A stretch of DNA of 37,752 nt from positions 1 to 37,752 of the forward strand of contig JBGQKK010000002.1 in assembly GCA_041499545.1 (NCBI GenBank), in the 5' to 3' direction. A program made the position numbers and the translations under genes. The DNA comes from Gammaproteobacteria bacterium (GTDB taxonomy: Bacteria; Pseudomonadota; Gammaproteobacteria; Burkholderiales; SG8-39). Positions 16,081-24,782 of this stretch are shown here, in pieces; the stretch's first letter is position 1, and every line of letters starts with the position of its first letter. The notes under the pieces were generated by a model that saw nothing but the letters and a program-made list of their open reading frames with translations, was not told where the DNA came from and ran no database searches.

Positions 16081-16929
16081 ATGGACAGTGCAGCCGGCGA
16101 GCGCCGCGAAATCGAGTATGCCGTTCACGGCGGGGTGTCGCTGAAGGGGCATCTCTATTCGCCCAGGGCGCCGGGAAAATATCCGGCGGTGATCGCAGTC
16201 CACGGCGGCGGCTGGCGCCTCGCCAATCTCGACAACTACCGCATCCTCGGGCCCTGGCTCGCCGAGCGCGGCTACGTGACACTCGCCGTCACTCACCGCC
16301 TGTCCAAGCCTACGGAGAGGGCCTATCCCGAGGCCGTGCAGGACGTGTGCGCCGCGGTGCAGTTCGCGAAGGGCAGGGCGGCCGAGCTCAAGATCGACCC
16401 CGAGCGCATAGCGCTCATGGGCGATTCCTCGGGCGGGCACCTCGCCGCGCTGGTCGCGCTCGCGGGGGAGCACGCGCTGTTTCGGGAAGGCAACGCCGCC
16501 GATCCGCACGGCCGCATCTCGACCGCCGTCAAGGCCTGCGTGCCGATCTACGCGGTGCTCGAGCTCGCGCGGCAATGGCGCCACGACCAGATCTCGCGGC
16601 CGCGCGACCCGATCGTCGAAAGGTTCCTCGGAGCGAGCCTCATCGACGACCGGCGCATCTACTTCGACGCTTCGCCGCTGTCCTACGTCTCGGCCAAAAA
16701 CAACGGCACGGCCTTTCTCCTCGCCTGGGGCACCGAGGACGACGTGGTCGATTACAAGGAGCAAAGCGAGGCATTCCTCGAGGCGCTGAAGCAGGCCGGG
16801 CATTACGTGCGCTCGGTGGTCGTCGCCGGCGCGCCGCACTTCTGGATCGGCGACCCTCTGGACGAGGCCGGAAGCCACTCCGGGTTTTTCGCGCCGCGGC
16901 TGCAGCGCTTTCTGCAGGCCCGGTTGTGA
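16081..16929 (+). CDS. Alpha/beta hydrolase (fold-3, HSL-like esterase/lipase)
   Basis: 282 aa. Oxyanion motif HGGGW and nucleophile elbow GDSSGG. A purine-rich RBS region (GAGAGGGAGCGAGAGAAA) is directly upstream. Confidence 0.85.
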   Translation: MDSAAGERREIEYAVHGGVSLKGHLYSPRAPGKYPAVIAVHGGGWRLANLDNYRILGPWLAERGYVTLAVTHRLSKPTERAYPEAVQDVCAAVQFAKGRAAELKIDPERIALMGDSSGGHLAALVALAGEHALFREGNAADPHGRISTAVKACVPIYAVLELARQWRHDQISRPRDPIVERFLGASLIDDRRIYFDASPLSYVSAKNNGTAFLLAWGTEDDVVDYKEQSEAFLEALKQAGHYVRSVVVAGAPHFWIGDPLDEAGSHSGFFAPRLQRFLQARL

Positions 16930-17900
16930 TCGCCGAAGCCGGCCGGCTCGCGGGCGCTTTCCTTTTGGCGCTCGGATTCGCGCTTCAGTGCGGCGCCCAG
17001 CCCTATCCCTCGCGCGCGATCAGGATCGTGGTCGCGTTTCCCGCGGGCGGCGGCTCGGACCTCGCGGCGCGCGTGGTCGCGCAGAAGCTCTCGGAGGGCT
17101 TCGGGCAGCCGGTCGTAGTCGAAAACCGCGTCGGCGCGAACGGCAGCGTCGGCGCGGAAGCCGTGGCGCGCTCTGCGCCCGACGGCTACACGCTCGTCAT
17201 GGGCAGCAACGCCAACATCACGACCAATCCGCACCTCATGGCACTTTCCTACGATCCTATGAATGACCTCGCGCCGGTGGCGATGCTCACGGTAAATCCA
17301 CTGCTCCTCTTCGTGAATCCGGCGGTCGTCCCGGTCGCCTCGTTCCGGGAATTCCTCGATTACGTCAGGGCGCGGGACGGCAAAGTGGACTACGCCTCGG
17401 CGGGCAACGGCTCGCCCGCGCACCTATCCGGCGAGCTGCTGAAGCTCACCGCGGGAATCAAAATGGTGCACGTGCCCTACAAGGGCGGTCCGCCCGGAGT
17501 GAACGACGTGCTCGGCGGCCGCGTCGGGCTCATGTTCGCCGCCGCGCCGACCGTGCTTCCCCACATTCGCTCGGGTAAACTGCGCGCTATCGCCACGACC
17601 GGAGCGCGGCGCTCCACCTACGCGCCGGAGATCCCGACGATCGCCGAATCCGGCTATCCCGATTTCGACGTCGTGATCTGGAACGCGCTGTTCGCGCCGG
17701 GCGCGACGCCCGCCGCGCTGCTCGCGAAGTTGCACGGTGAGATCGACCGCATACTCGAGCAGCCCGACACCAAGGAGCTGCTGCTGAAGCAGGGCGCCGA
17801 GCCCTTGCCGCTGCCCGACGCGGCGTTTCGAGAATTGCTGAGGACTGAGTACGAACGCTGGGGAAGGGTGATCCGCGAAGCGAAGATCAAGGTGGACTGA
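16926..17900 (+). CDS. Bug-family (TctC-like) substrate-binding protein
   Basis: This is the C-terminal 324 aa of ORF 16347-17900. GTG at 16926 overlaps the esterase TGA (GTGA). Signal peptide, then YPSRAIRIVVAFPAGGGSD..VVVENRVGANG..APDGYTLV. Confidence 0.85.
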   Translation: MIAEAGRLAGAFLLALGFALQCGAQPYPSRAIRIVVAFPAGGGSDLAARVVAQKLSEGFGQPVVVENRVGANGSVGAEAVARSAPDGYTLVMGSNANITTNPHLMALSYDPMNDLAPVAMLTVNPLLLFVNPAVVPVASFREFLDYVRARDGKVDYASAGNGSPAHLSGELLKLTAGIKMVHVPYKGGPPGVNDVLGGRVGLMFAAAPTVLPHIRSGKLRAIATTGARRSTYAPEIPTIAESGYPDFDVVIWNALFAPGATPAALLAKLHGEIDRILEQPDTKELLLKQGAEPLPLPDAAFRELLRTEYERWGRVIREAKIKVD

Positions 17901-17901
17901 C

Positions 17902-18705
17902 ATGGATTCCGCAGAAGGCCCGGCGACCGAAGAAATCGCTGGCGTAAACATCGAAATCATTCGCCGCGGAAAAGGACGTCCGGTCCTGTTTCTCCACCCG
18001 CATATCGGCATGCACGGCTCCGGGCCCTTCATCGAGCTACTCGCACGCAAGGTTCAGGTGATCGCCGCTTCGCATCCGGGGTTCGGGCACTCAGAGCTGC
18101 CCAGGGGCATGGCGAGCGTCGACGACATGTCGTATTTCTACCTCGATCTCATCGAGCAGCTCGACTTGCGCGACCTTGTCGTCGTCGGTGCCTCGTTCGG
18201 CGGCTGGGTCGCCGCGGAGATCGCGACCAAGACTTGCGAGCGGCTGTCGCGCCTGGTGATGATCGGCGCGGTCGGTGCCAAGTTTGGCGCGCGCGACAGG
18301 AGCGACATCGTGGACATTTTTTCGACGCCGCGCAGCCGCTGGGAGGAGCTCTCGTTCCGCGATCCAGCCGTGTGGCTACGCGACTACGAGTCGCTGCCGG
18401 AGGAGGAGCTGACGGCGATGGCGCGCTGCCGCGAGGCGACCGCGCTGTTCGCCTGGAACCCCTACATGTACAACCCGAGGCTGCGCCCGCGCCTGCACCG
18501 CATCCGGATCCCGACGCTGTTCCTGTGGGGCGCGCAGGACGGATTCGCTCCGCCCGCCTACGGCAGGAGCTACTGCGCCGCCATCCCCGGCGCGAAATTC
18601 GAGGAGATCGCCGAATCGGGCCATTTCCCCCACATGGAGCAGCCCGAAGCCGTGGCGCGCCGGGTGATCGAGTTCGGGCTCGAGCGCCAGGCGGCGCGGG
18701 CGTGA
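17902..18705 (+). CDS. Alpha/beta hydrolase (MhpC/BphD-like C-C or ester hydrolase fold)
   Basis: 267 aa. GRPVLFLHP, nucleophile elbow GASFGG, and C-terminal SGHFPHMEQPE with the catalytic His. Starts 1 nt after the Bug gene stop. Confidence 0.85.
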   Translation: MDSAEGPATEEIAGVNIEIIRRGKGRPVLFLHPHIGMHGSGPFIELLARKVQVIAASHPGFGHSELPRGMASVDDMSYFYLDLIEQLDLRDLVVVGASFGGWVAAEIATKTCERLSRLVMIGAVGAKFGARDRSDIVDIFSTPRSRWEELSFRDPAVWLRDYESLPEEELTAMARCREATALFAWNPYMYNPRLRPRLHRIRIPTLFLWGAQDGFAPPAYGRSYCAAIPGAKFEEIAESGHFPHMEQPEAVARRVIEFGLERQAARA

Positions 18706-18719
18706 GAGAAGGAGACAGC

Positions 18720-19898
18720 ATGAGGATCTACCACTTTTCCGAGCAGCCTTGCCCCGACGCCTGGGCGCCGGAGCACAAGTCGCTGCGCGTGATTCTGCCG
18801 AGCCGCAACTGCGATCCCCGCGTCATGTCCGAGAACTATCACCACCGCCTCGACGAATGGATGCTCGCCGACGAGCTGGGCCTGGACATCATGATCAACG
18901 AGCACCACGCGACCGCGACCTGCTGCTGCCCGGTCGCTGCGGTGCCCCTCGCGATCCTCGCGCGGCAGACGAAGCGCGCGCGCCTCTTGACGCTCGGCTA
19001 CCCGATCGCGAACCGCCTCGACCCAGTGCGCGTCGCCGAGGAGTTCGCGATGATCGACGTGATCTCGCGCGGGCGGCTGGAGATGGGTCTGGTGCGCGGC
19101 GTGCCCTACGAGGTGCCGCTCTCGGTGCGCTCGGCGGTCGGCCAGATGGACCGCTTCTGGGAGGCGCACGACTTGATCATCAAGGCGATGACCTCGATCG
19201 ACGGACCGTTCGACTGGCAGGGGGAGCACTTCCAGTACCGCAACGTCAACGTCTGGCCGCGAGTCTACCAGGCGCCACACCCGCCGGTGTGGATCACCGG
19301 CCGGAGCCCGCAGAACATCCGCGAGATCGCCGAGCGCGGCTACGTGCTCGGTACCTTTCTCTCGGGCTTCCAGACGAAGGACCTGTTCGACCACTACCGC
19401 AAGGCTTGCGCCGACCTCGGCCGGCCCGCGCCCGCGCCGGACCGCTTCTCCTACCTCGGCATCGTCGCGATCGCGCAGGATCGCAAAGAGGCGATGCGCC
19501 GTGCGGAAGTCATGGTCGGTTACCTGCGCTCCTCGGGTCGCGTCGCAGAGCCCTTCGGCACGCCGCCCGGATATTTCTCGGTGAAGGACGCCGCGCGCAT
19601 GATCAAGGCGCGCGGCAAGCGGACGACGACCACGCGCGAGGGCAAGGCCGTCGACACGCATCACGGTGCGATCGAGGACCTCGTCAAGGCGGGCATCATG
19701 TTCGTCGGCACGCCCGAGGACGTGTACGGCCAGCTCGCGGAATTCGTCGACAACGTCGGCGGCCTCGGCCACTTCCTCATGATGGGCCACGCGGGCCATA
19801 TGACGCACGAGGAAGCGGTCGACCAGATCACGCTCATTGCCAAGGAAGTCCTGCCGCGGCTGCAGAAATCCCGCGCCGCGTCCCGGCACGCGGCCTGA
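18720..19898 (+). CDS. LLM-class (luciferase-like) flavin-dependent oxidoreductase
   Basis: This is the last 392 aa of ORF 18234-19898. ATG at 18720 is preceded by GAAGGAGA. MRIYHFSEQP...INEHH...GRLEMGLVRG is typical of the LLM family. Confidence 0.85.
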   Translation: MRIYHFSEQPCPDAWAPEHKSLRVILPSRNCDPRVMSENYHHRLDEWMLADELGLDIMINEHHATATCCCPVAAVPLAILARQTKRARLLTLGYPIANRLDPVRVAEEFAMIDVISRGRLEMGLVRGVPYEVPLSVRSAVGQMDRFWEAHDLIIKAMTSIDGPFDWQGEHFQYRNVNVWPRVYQAPHPPVWITGRSPQNIREIAERGYVLGTFLSGFQTKDLFDHYRKACADLGRPAPAPDRFSYLGIVAIAQDRKEAMRRAEVMVGYLRSSGRVAEPFGTPPGYFSVKDAARMIKARGKRTTTTREGKAVDTHHGAIEDLVKAGIMFVGTPEDVYGQLAEFVDNVGGLGHFLMMGHAGHMTHEEAVDQITLIAKEVLPRLQKSRAASRHAA

Positions 19899-19899
19899 A

Positions 19900-20784
19900 T
19901 CAACGCGGCGCCTGCAGGCCCCCGTAGTGCCGTGCGATCTCGGCCCCGGTCGCGCGCCACACAGCGTCGTGCCGGCAGATGTGCTCGAGCGCGGCGTCGA
20001 CCGCGCCGATGCGGTGGGGCACGCCGGTGAGATAGGGATGCAGCGCGATCGCCATGACGCGGCCCGACTCCGCGCCTTCCTCGTAGAGCACGTCGAACTG
20101 GCGCACGATCATGTCGCGAAACTCGTCCGCCGTGCGGTTGCGCTTCTCGAACGCCGGCTTGTCGTTGATCTCGGTGCTATAAGGCACCGAGACGAGCCTG
20201 CGGCCGCCTTCTAGGGTCATCAGGTAGGGCTGATCGTCGTTCACCCAGTCGCACACGTACTCGCACCCCTCCGCGGCGAGATGGTCGAGCGTGCTCCAGG
20301 TTTCCTGCAGCCCCGAACCCAGCCAGCCGACCGGCCGCGAGCCCGTTGCCTTCGCGATCGTCTGCAGCGCGTTGCGGATGGTGCGGCGCTCCGTGCCCGT
20401 CCGGAGCTCGTTGAGCCGTCGCGTATTGCTCTCGTTGTGGCCCATGAACTCCCACTTGCGCGCCTTGCATTCCTCGATGATCTCGGGATGCCGGGCGCAG
20501 AGGTCGCTGTTCAGGGCCACGGTGCCGCGCACGCCGTAACGGTCGAGCACTTTCATCAGGCGGAATACGCCCACGCGGTTCCCGTAATCGCGCGCGGCCC
20601 ACGCCGGCACGTCGGGCGGCTTCACGCCGGAGCCGCCCGCGCCCGCTGGGATGCTTTCGGCGAGCGAAAAGAACTCGATGTTCGGGATCACCCAGAGCGC
20701 GAGGCGCGCGCCGCCCGGCCATTCGAGACGCGGCCGCCGGTGGATCGGCGAATAGGGGAAGGGCCCGTAGGCGCGCGGCTTCAT
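19900..20784 (-). CDS. Polysaccharide deacetylase-family hydrolase (PuuE/allantoinase-like subgroup)
   Basis: 294 aa. The RLALWVIPNIEFF...DYGNRVGVFRLMKVLDRYGVRGTVALNS...WEFMGHN pattern is typical of the PuuE-like group. Its stop lies 1 nt from the convergent LLM stop (TGAATCA). Confidence 0.8.
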   Translation of the reverse strand: MKPRAYGPFPYSPIHRRPRLEWPGGARLALWVIPNIEFFSLAESIPAGAGGSGVKPPDVPAWAARDYGNRVGVFRLMKVLDRYGVRGTVALNSDLCARHPEIIEECKARKWEFMGHNESNTRRLNELRTGTERRTIRNALQTIAKATGSRPVGWLGSGLQETWSTLDHLAAEGCEYVCDWVNDDQPYLMTLEGGRRLVSVPYSTEINDKPAFEKRNRTADEFRDMIVRQFDVLYEEGAESGRVMAIALHPYLTGVPHRIGAVDAALEHICRHDAVWRATGAEIARHYGGLQAPR

Positions 20785-20817
20785 CGCGCGTGTCCACTGT
20801 CACGCGGCTTCATCGCG
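20774..20817 (-). repeat. 15-nt direct repeat CGCGATGAAGCCGCG (minus-strand reading) duplicating the deacetylase start, creating a 10-codon uORF
   Basis: Copies lie at 20774-20788 and 20803-20817 (29-nt offset). The upstream copy opens ATG(20813) AAG CCG CGT GAC AGT GGA CAC GCG CGA TGA. That TGA overlaps the annotated ATG (ATGA). Confidence 0.8.
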
Positions 20818-20820
20818 ACC

Positions 20821-21558
20821 TCATCCCAACTTCGCACGTATCCCTTCCAGGTGAGCGACGACTTCGTTCACGTGCAGCACGTCGGCGTACTTGTGATGCA
20901 TGTCGAAGAGATTCACCTTGTGCGAGATGAGGCTCCTGTCGAAGCAGCATTCCTCGACCAGCGTCACGTGAAAGCCGTGCGAATAGGCGTCCACCGCCGA
21001 TGCGCGCACACAGCCCGAGGTGCTCTCGCCGATGACGATGACGCTCCGCACGCCGAGCTGCGTCAGGTGCGCGGCGAGCGGCGTACCGAAGAACGCGCTA
21101 GCTCTGACCTTGGTGATCACCACGTCCCCGGGGTGCGGCGCGAACTCCGGGCGGATCGCGTACATCGCGGGATCGATGCGTACGCCCTGGCGCCTGGTCG
21201 CGCGCACGTTCTTCGGCTGGCTCTGCGGCCGTGTGTCGCCGGTCGAATAGAAGACGGGCAGCCCCGCCGCGCGCGCCGCGGCGAAGAGGCGCTGGGTCGG
21301 CGCGATCGCCGCAAAGGCGTATTCGCCGCAGGAGTTGGGATAGGTCTTCATCACCACGGGTACGGGCTTCGCGCCGCCCTGGTAGACCAGCTCGTACAGG
21401 TCGATCGCGATCAGAGCGGGCGAGGGACCGACGCCGACCTCGCGCCGGTAATTCGAGTAGAGCTCGATCACGTCCGGCGGGATGATGTCCTTCCAGCAGT
21501 GGTCCTCGAAGTCGTCTTCGAGAAGCTGCCGCTCTTGGGCGCGTTTTGCCTTTTGCAT
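20821..21558 (-). CDS. Isochorismatase-family cysteine hydrolase (amidohydrolase-like, e.g. N-carbamoylsarcosine amidase/RutB type)
   Basis: 245 aa. ALIAIDLY (Asp), and VIVIGESTSGCVRASAVDA with the nucleophilic Cys. Confidence 0.85.
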   Translation of the reverse strand: MQKAKRAQERQLLEDDFEDHCWKDIIPPDVIELYSNYRREVGVGPSPALIAIDLYELVYQGGAKPVPVVMKTYPNSCGEYAFAAIAPTQRLFAAARAAGLPVFYSTGDTRPQSQPKNVRATRRQGVRIDPAMYAIRPEFAPHPGDVVITKVRASAFFGTPLAAHLTQLGVRSVIVIGESTSGCVRASAVDAYSHGFHVTLVEECCFDRSLISHKVNLFDMHHKYADVLHVNEVVAHLEGIRAKLG

Positions 21559-21560
21559 GA

Positions 21561-22538
21561 TCAGTCCGCTTTGATGTTGGCTTCGCGCACGATCTTGTTC
21601 CAGCGCTCGAAGTCCGTGCGGATGAGATCGTGCAGTTCCTCCGGTGTTCCGCCCACGGGCGTCATTCCCTGCTTCTGCATCAGCTCGGCCACCGCCGGTT
21701 CCTTCAGGAGCGCGGCGACGTCGGCGTAGAGCTTCGCGCGCGCCTCGCGCGGCGTGCCTTTCGGCACGAGCATCGCAAACCAGGTGCCGACGTCGAAATC
21801 TTTCACGCCCGACTCGCTGAAGCTCGGCACGTCGGGCGTGCGCGCCGCGCGCTTCGCGGCGCCGGCGGCGAGGATGCGGATGCGCCCGCCTTCGGCAAGC
21901 GGCAGGGCAACGCCCACCGAGGCGAACATGAGGCTGACCTGGCCGCCGACGAGGTCGGTGACCGCCGCGGCGTTGTTCTTGTAAGGCACGTGTACGAGGT
22001 CGATGCCGACGGCGGACTTGAACACTTCCATCATGAGATGCGCGGGCAGGCCGCTTCCCGGTGACGCATAGTAGACCTTCCCGGGATTGGCGCGTGCGAT
22101 GCCGACGAGCTCCGCGACCGATTTCGCCTGGAACGATGCCGACGCCATCAGCGCGTAGTCGCCGCGCGCGAGCAGGATCACCGGGTCGAGGTCGTTCACC
22201 GGGTCGTACGAGTTCCGTCGTACGCTCGCCGCCGAGGCGAAGTTGTCGGCCACGATGAGCACCGTGTAGCCGTCTCCGGGCGCGGCGACCACCGCCTGCA
22301 CGCCGATGATGCCGCTCGCCCCGGCGCGGTTGTCGACGACGAAAGGCACCTTCCAGCTCTCGGAAAGACGCGGGCCCAGGTTTCTCGCGATCAGGTCGGC
22401 GCTGCTGCCGGGCGTATAGGGCACGATCGCTCGTACCAGGTGATTCGGGTAAGGCGCCTGCGCAGCCGCCGTCAAGGCGAACCCTGCGAGGAGGAGAGGG
22501 AACACCGCACGTGCAACCGGGGTCGTGCCGCTGCGCAT
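21561..22538 (-). CDS. Bug-family (TctC-like) substrate-binding protein
   Basis: The ORF track gives 21561-22649. I place the start at ATG 22538 (MRSGTTPVARAVFPLLLAGFALTAAAQAPYP), preceded by AAGGAG. Confidence 0.85.
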   Translation of the reverse strand: MRSGTTPVARAVFPLLLAGFALTAAAQAPYPNHLVRAIVPYTPGSSADLIARNLGPRLSESWKVPFVVDNRAGASGIIGVQAVVAAPGDGYTVLIVADNFASAASVRRNSYDPVNDLDPVILLARGDYALMASASFQAKSVAELVGIARANPGKVYYASPGSGLPAHLMMEVFKSAVGIDLVHVPYKNNAAAVTDLVGGQVSLMFASVGVALPLAEGGRIRILAAGAAKRAARTPDVPSFSESGVKDFDVGTWFAMLVPKGTPREARAKLYADVAALLKEPAVAELMQKQGMTPVGGTPEELHDLIRTDFERWNKIVREANIKAD

Positions 22539-22658
22539 CTTGGCTCCTTGTCGCGACCAGTATGCCATGCCCCTCGCCGGTTTCGCCGGGCCGTGTCTTC
22601 GCGAAAGGCAGCGAGCGAGCGTAGATTTCGCCGAAGGAGGAAACACCATTGAAGAGGG

Positions 22659-23624
22659 TTAATCCAGCTTCGCGCCGGAGAGCTTCACCAGCCGCGCGTA
22701 CTTCTCGTACTCGGCACGCATCAGAGCATCGAGCTGCTCCGGCGTGCTCGTGCCGATGCGGACGCCGAACCCGGCGATCTTCTCGTTGAGGTCCGGCGAC
22801 GCGACGGCGGCGACGACGCCTGCGTTCAGCTTCGCGACGATGTCGCGCGGCGTACCTGCGGGCACCAGCATACCCAGCATGGAGGCCATGTCGAAACCGG
22901 GAATGCCGAGCTCGGCGATCGTCGGGATGTCGGGCAGCGCCGGCGTGCGCTTGCCGTCGGCGCTGGCGAGGATGCGCACCTTTCCCGCCTTGGCGTATTG
23001 CGCCATCGCGGTATAGCTTGAGAACGCGACCTGCACGTCGCCCGCGATCAGGGCGGGGCCGGCCTGACCCATTCCCTTGTAGGGCACGTGCACCATGCTG
23101 ATCCCCGCGAGCGACTTGAACAGTTCCGTGGTGATGTGATGGATCGAGCCGTTACCCGCAGAGGCGTAGGAAAACTTCCCGGGATTCTCTTTCGCGTATG
23201 CGACAAATTCCGCGTAAGTTGTCGCGGGCACCGAGGGATGGACCGTGAGGAAGGTCGGCAGCGTCGAGATCGTGCTGATGCCGGCGAAATCCTCCAACGG
23301 TCGGTACGGCACTTTCGCGTAGAGGTGCGGGTTGATCGCCCAGATCGCGCTGTCGCAGACGTAGGCGGTATAGCCGTCCGGCGCTGCTTTCGAGACCATT
23401 TCCGCGGCGATGTTGCCGTTCGCGCCTATGCGGTTTTCTATCACCACGGGGCCCCAGGACTCGCTCATCTGCTGCGCGATCAGGCGCCCGAACACGTCCG
23501 GGGAGCCGCCTGGCGAGGTGCCGACGATGATCTTGACGGTCTTCGAGGGGTAGCCCTGGGCCGGCGCCCGCGCGGGCGCGAGCGCGCCAAGGCCGATCGC
23601 GAATAGGACAAGGACACGACGCAT
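22659..23624 (-). CDS. Bug-family (TctC-like) substrate-binding protein
   Basis: The ORF track start is GTG 23633. ATG at 23624 (MRRVLVLFAIGLGALAPARAPAQGYP) sits 9 nt from GAGGA and is preferred. Confidence 0.85.
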   Translation of the reverse strand: MRRVLVLFAIGLGALAPARAPAQGYPSKTVKIIVGTSPGGSPDVFGRLIAQQMSESWGPVVIENRIGANGNIAAEMVSKAAPDGYTAYVCDSAIWAINPHLYAKVPYRPLEDFAGISTISTLPTFLTVHPSVPATTYAEFVAYAKENPGKFSYASAGNGSIHHITTELFKSLAGISMVHVPYKGMGQAGPALIAGDVQVAFSSYTAMAQYAKAGKVRILASADGKRTPALPDIPTIAELGIPGFDMASMLGMLVPAGTPRDIVAKLNAGVVAAVASPDLNEKIAGFGVRIGTSTPEQLDALMRAEYEKYARLVKLSGAKLD

Positions 23625-23640
23625 AGTGCTCACTCCTCTT

Positions 23641-24714
23641 CTAGGCCGGGGCCGCGGGTGAACGTGCGCGCTTCAGCATGGTCATCACCTCCTCGGAGAA
23701 CAACGCGATCGAGCGTAGCGTTTCCTCCTGCGTGAGGTTACCGAATGCGAACTGGCCGACGAAATAGTTCGCGCCCGATTCCGCGAGTTGCCTCTCGACG
23801 TATGCGGCCGTGTCTTCGGGGTTGCCGGCGAACGCGCGCCCGTCCTCGGCGATCGCGTCGAACTGCGGCGGCCGCGAGTGCCGGTGGCTGACGCCCATGA
23901 GCGAGGAAAGGAAGGTGAAGCTCTCGTACCAGCGCTTGTAGGCGCGCCGCGCCGAAGCACGCGCATCGCTCGCCTTCTTGCCGACCACGACGAAGCGGCC
24001 GAGGCCGATTTTCGCCAGTGGCAGCTGGCCGTGGGTCTCTTTCCACACCGCGGAGAATCTGTCGGCGCAGGCCCGCACCTGCGCCGCCCCGTCCAGGCCC
24101 ATTACGTTCATGCCCAGGCGCGCGGCCCGCTCGGCCGCTTGCGGCGAATGGATGCCGTACCAAAGCGGCGGATGCGGCTTCTGCAGGGGCGGGATGGGGA
24201 GCGCAAGCCGCCGCTTCTTTCCTCCTTCCTCGCTCACCGTGAGCGCGCCTTCTCTCAGGGCGTCGAGCACGAAGCCGACGATCTCCTGGGATGCCCGTTC
24301 CGATTGCGCCGGGTCGACGTCGAAGAAGCGCAGCTCCGCTCCGAGCGCGCCTCGGCCGAAGGCCAATTCCAGACGCCCCGCGCTCATCTGATCGAGCATC
24401 CCGATCTCCTCCAGCAGGCGCAGCGGGTGGTACAGCGGCCCGACGTAGACCATGGGGCCGAAGCGCAAGCGCTTGGTGCGCTGCGCTACGGCCGCGAGGA
24501 ACACGCTCGGCGAAGGCGCTAACCCCAACGGGGTGAGATGGTGCTCGGCGACATGGTAGGAGCGAAAGCCCGCTCGCTCGTAGGCCTGGATGATCTCGAG
24601 GCGCTCGCGGTAGAACCGGTCCAACGGACTATCGTTCCTGTCCAGGTGGTCGAAGACGCCGACGTCCATGTGTGTTCTTTCGACCCCCTGGGTGTGATCT
24701 AACGCCTTGTTCAT
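23641..24714 (-). CDS. LLM-class (luciferase-like) flavin-dependent oxidoreductase
   Basis: 357 aa (alternative start M16 at 24669: MDVGVFDHL...). Motifs HVAEHH and GRLELAFGRG. Confidence 0.85.
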   Translation of the reverse strand: MNKALDHTQGVERTHMDVGVFDHLDRNDSPLDRFYRERLEIIQAYERAGFRSYHVAEHHLTPLGLAPSPSVFLAAVAQRTKRLRFGPMVYVGPLYHPLRLLEEIGMLDQMSAGRLELAFGRGALGAELRFFDVDPAQSERASQEIVGFVLDALREGALTVSEEGGKKRRLALPIPPLQKPHPPLWYGIHSPQAAERAARLGMNVMGLDGAAQVRACADRFSAVWKETHGQLPLAKIGLGRFVVVGKKASDARASARRAYKRWYESFTFLSSLMGVSHRHSRPPQFDAIAEDGRAFAGNPEDTAAYVERQLAESGANYFVGQFAFGNLTQEETLRSIALFSEEVMTMLKRARSPAAPA

Positions 24715-24782
24715 CAGGGACCTGTTCTTTTCGCAGTATTAGTCAGCCGAGATATGCGCAGAGATTTTAGTCGGGCTCCGCG

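Noticed and set aside
16347-16925. N-terminal extension of ORF 16347-17900 overlapping the esterase gene
   Set aside because: Arg-rich nonsense in an alternate frame of the esterase. The Bug domain begins at its signal peptide, after GTG 16926.
18749-19927. 392-aa alternate-frame ORF, and the 439-aa antisense ORF 18570-19889, over the LLM gene
   Set aside because: Same length by coincidence, but Arg/Pro/Gly-rich and without motifs. The frame starting at 18720 has LLM signatures and a good RBS.
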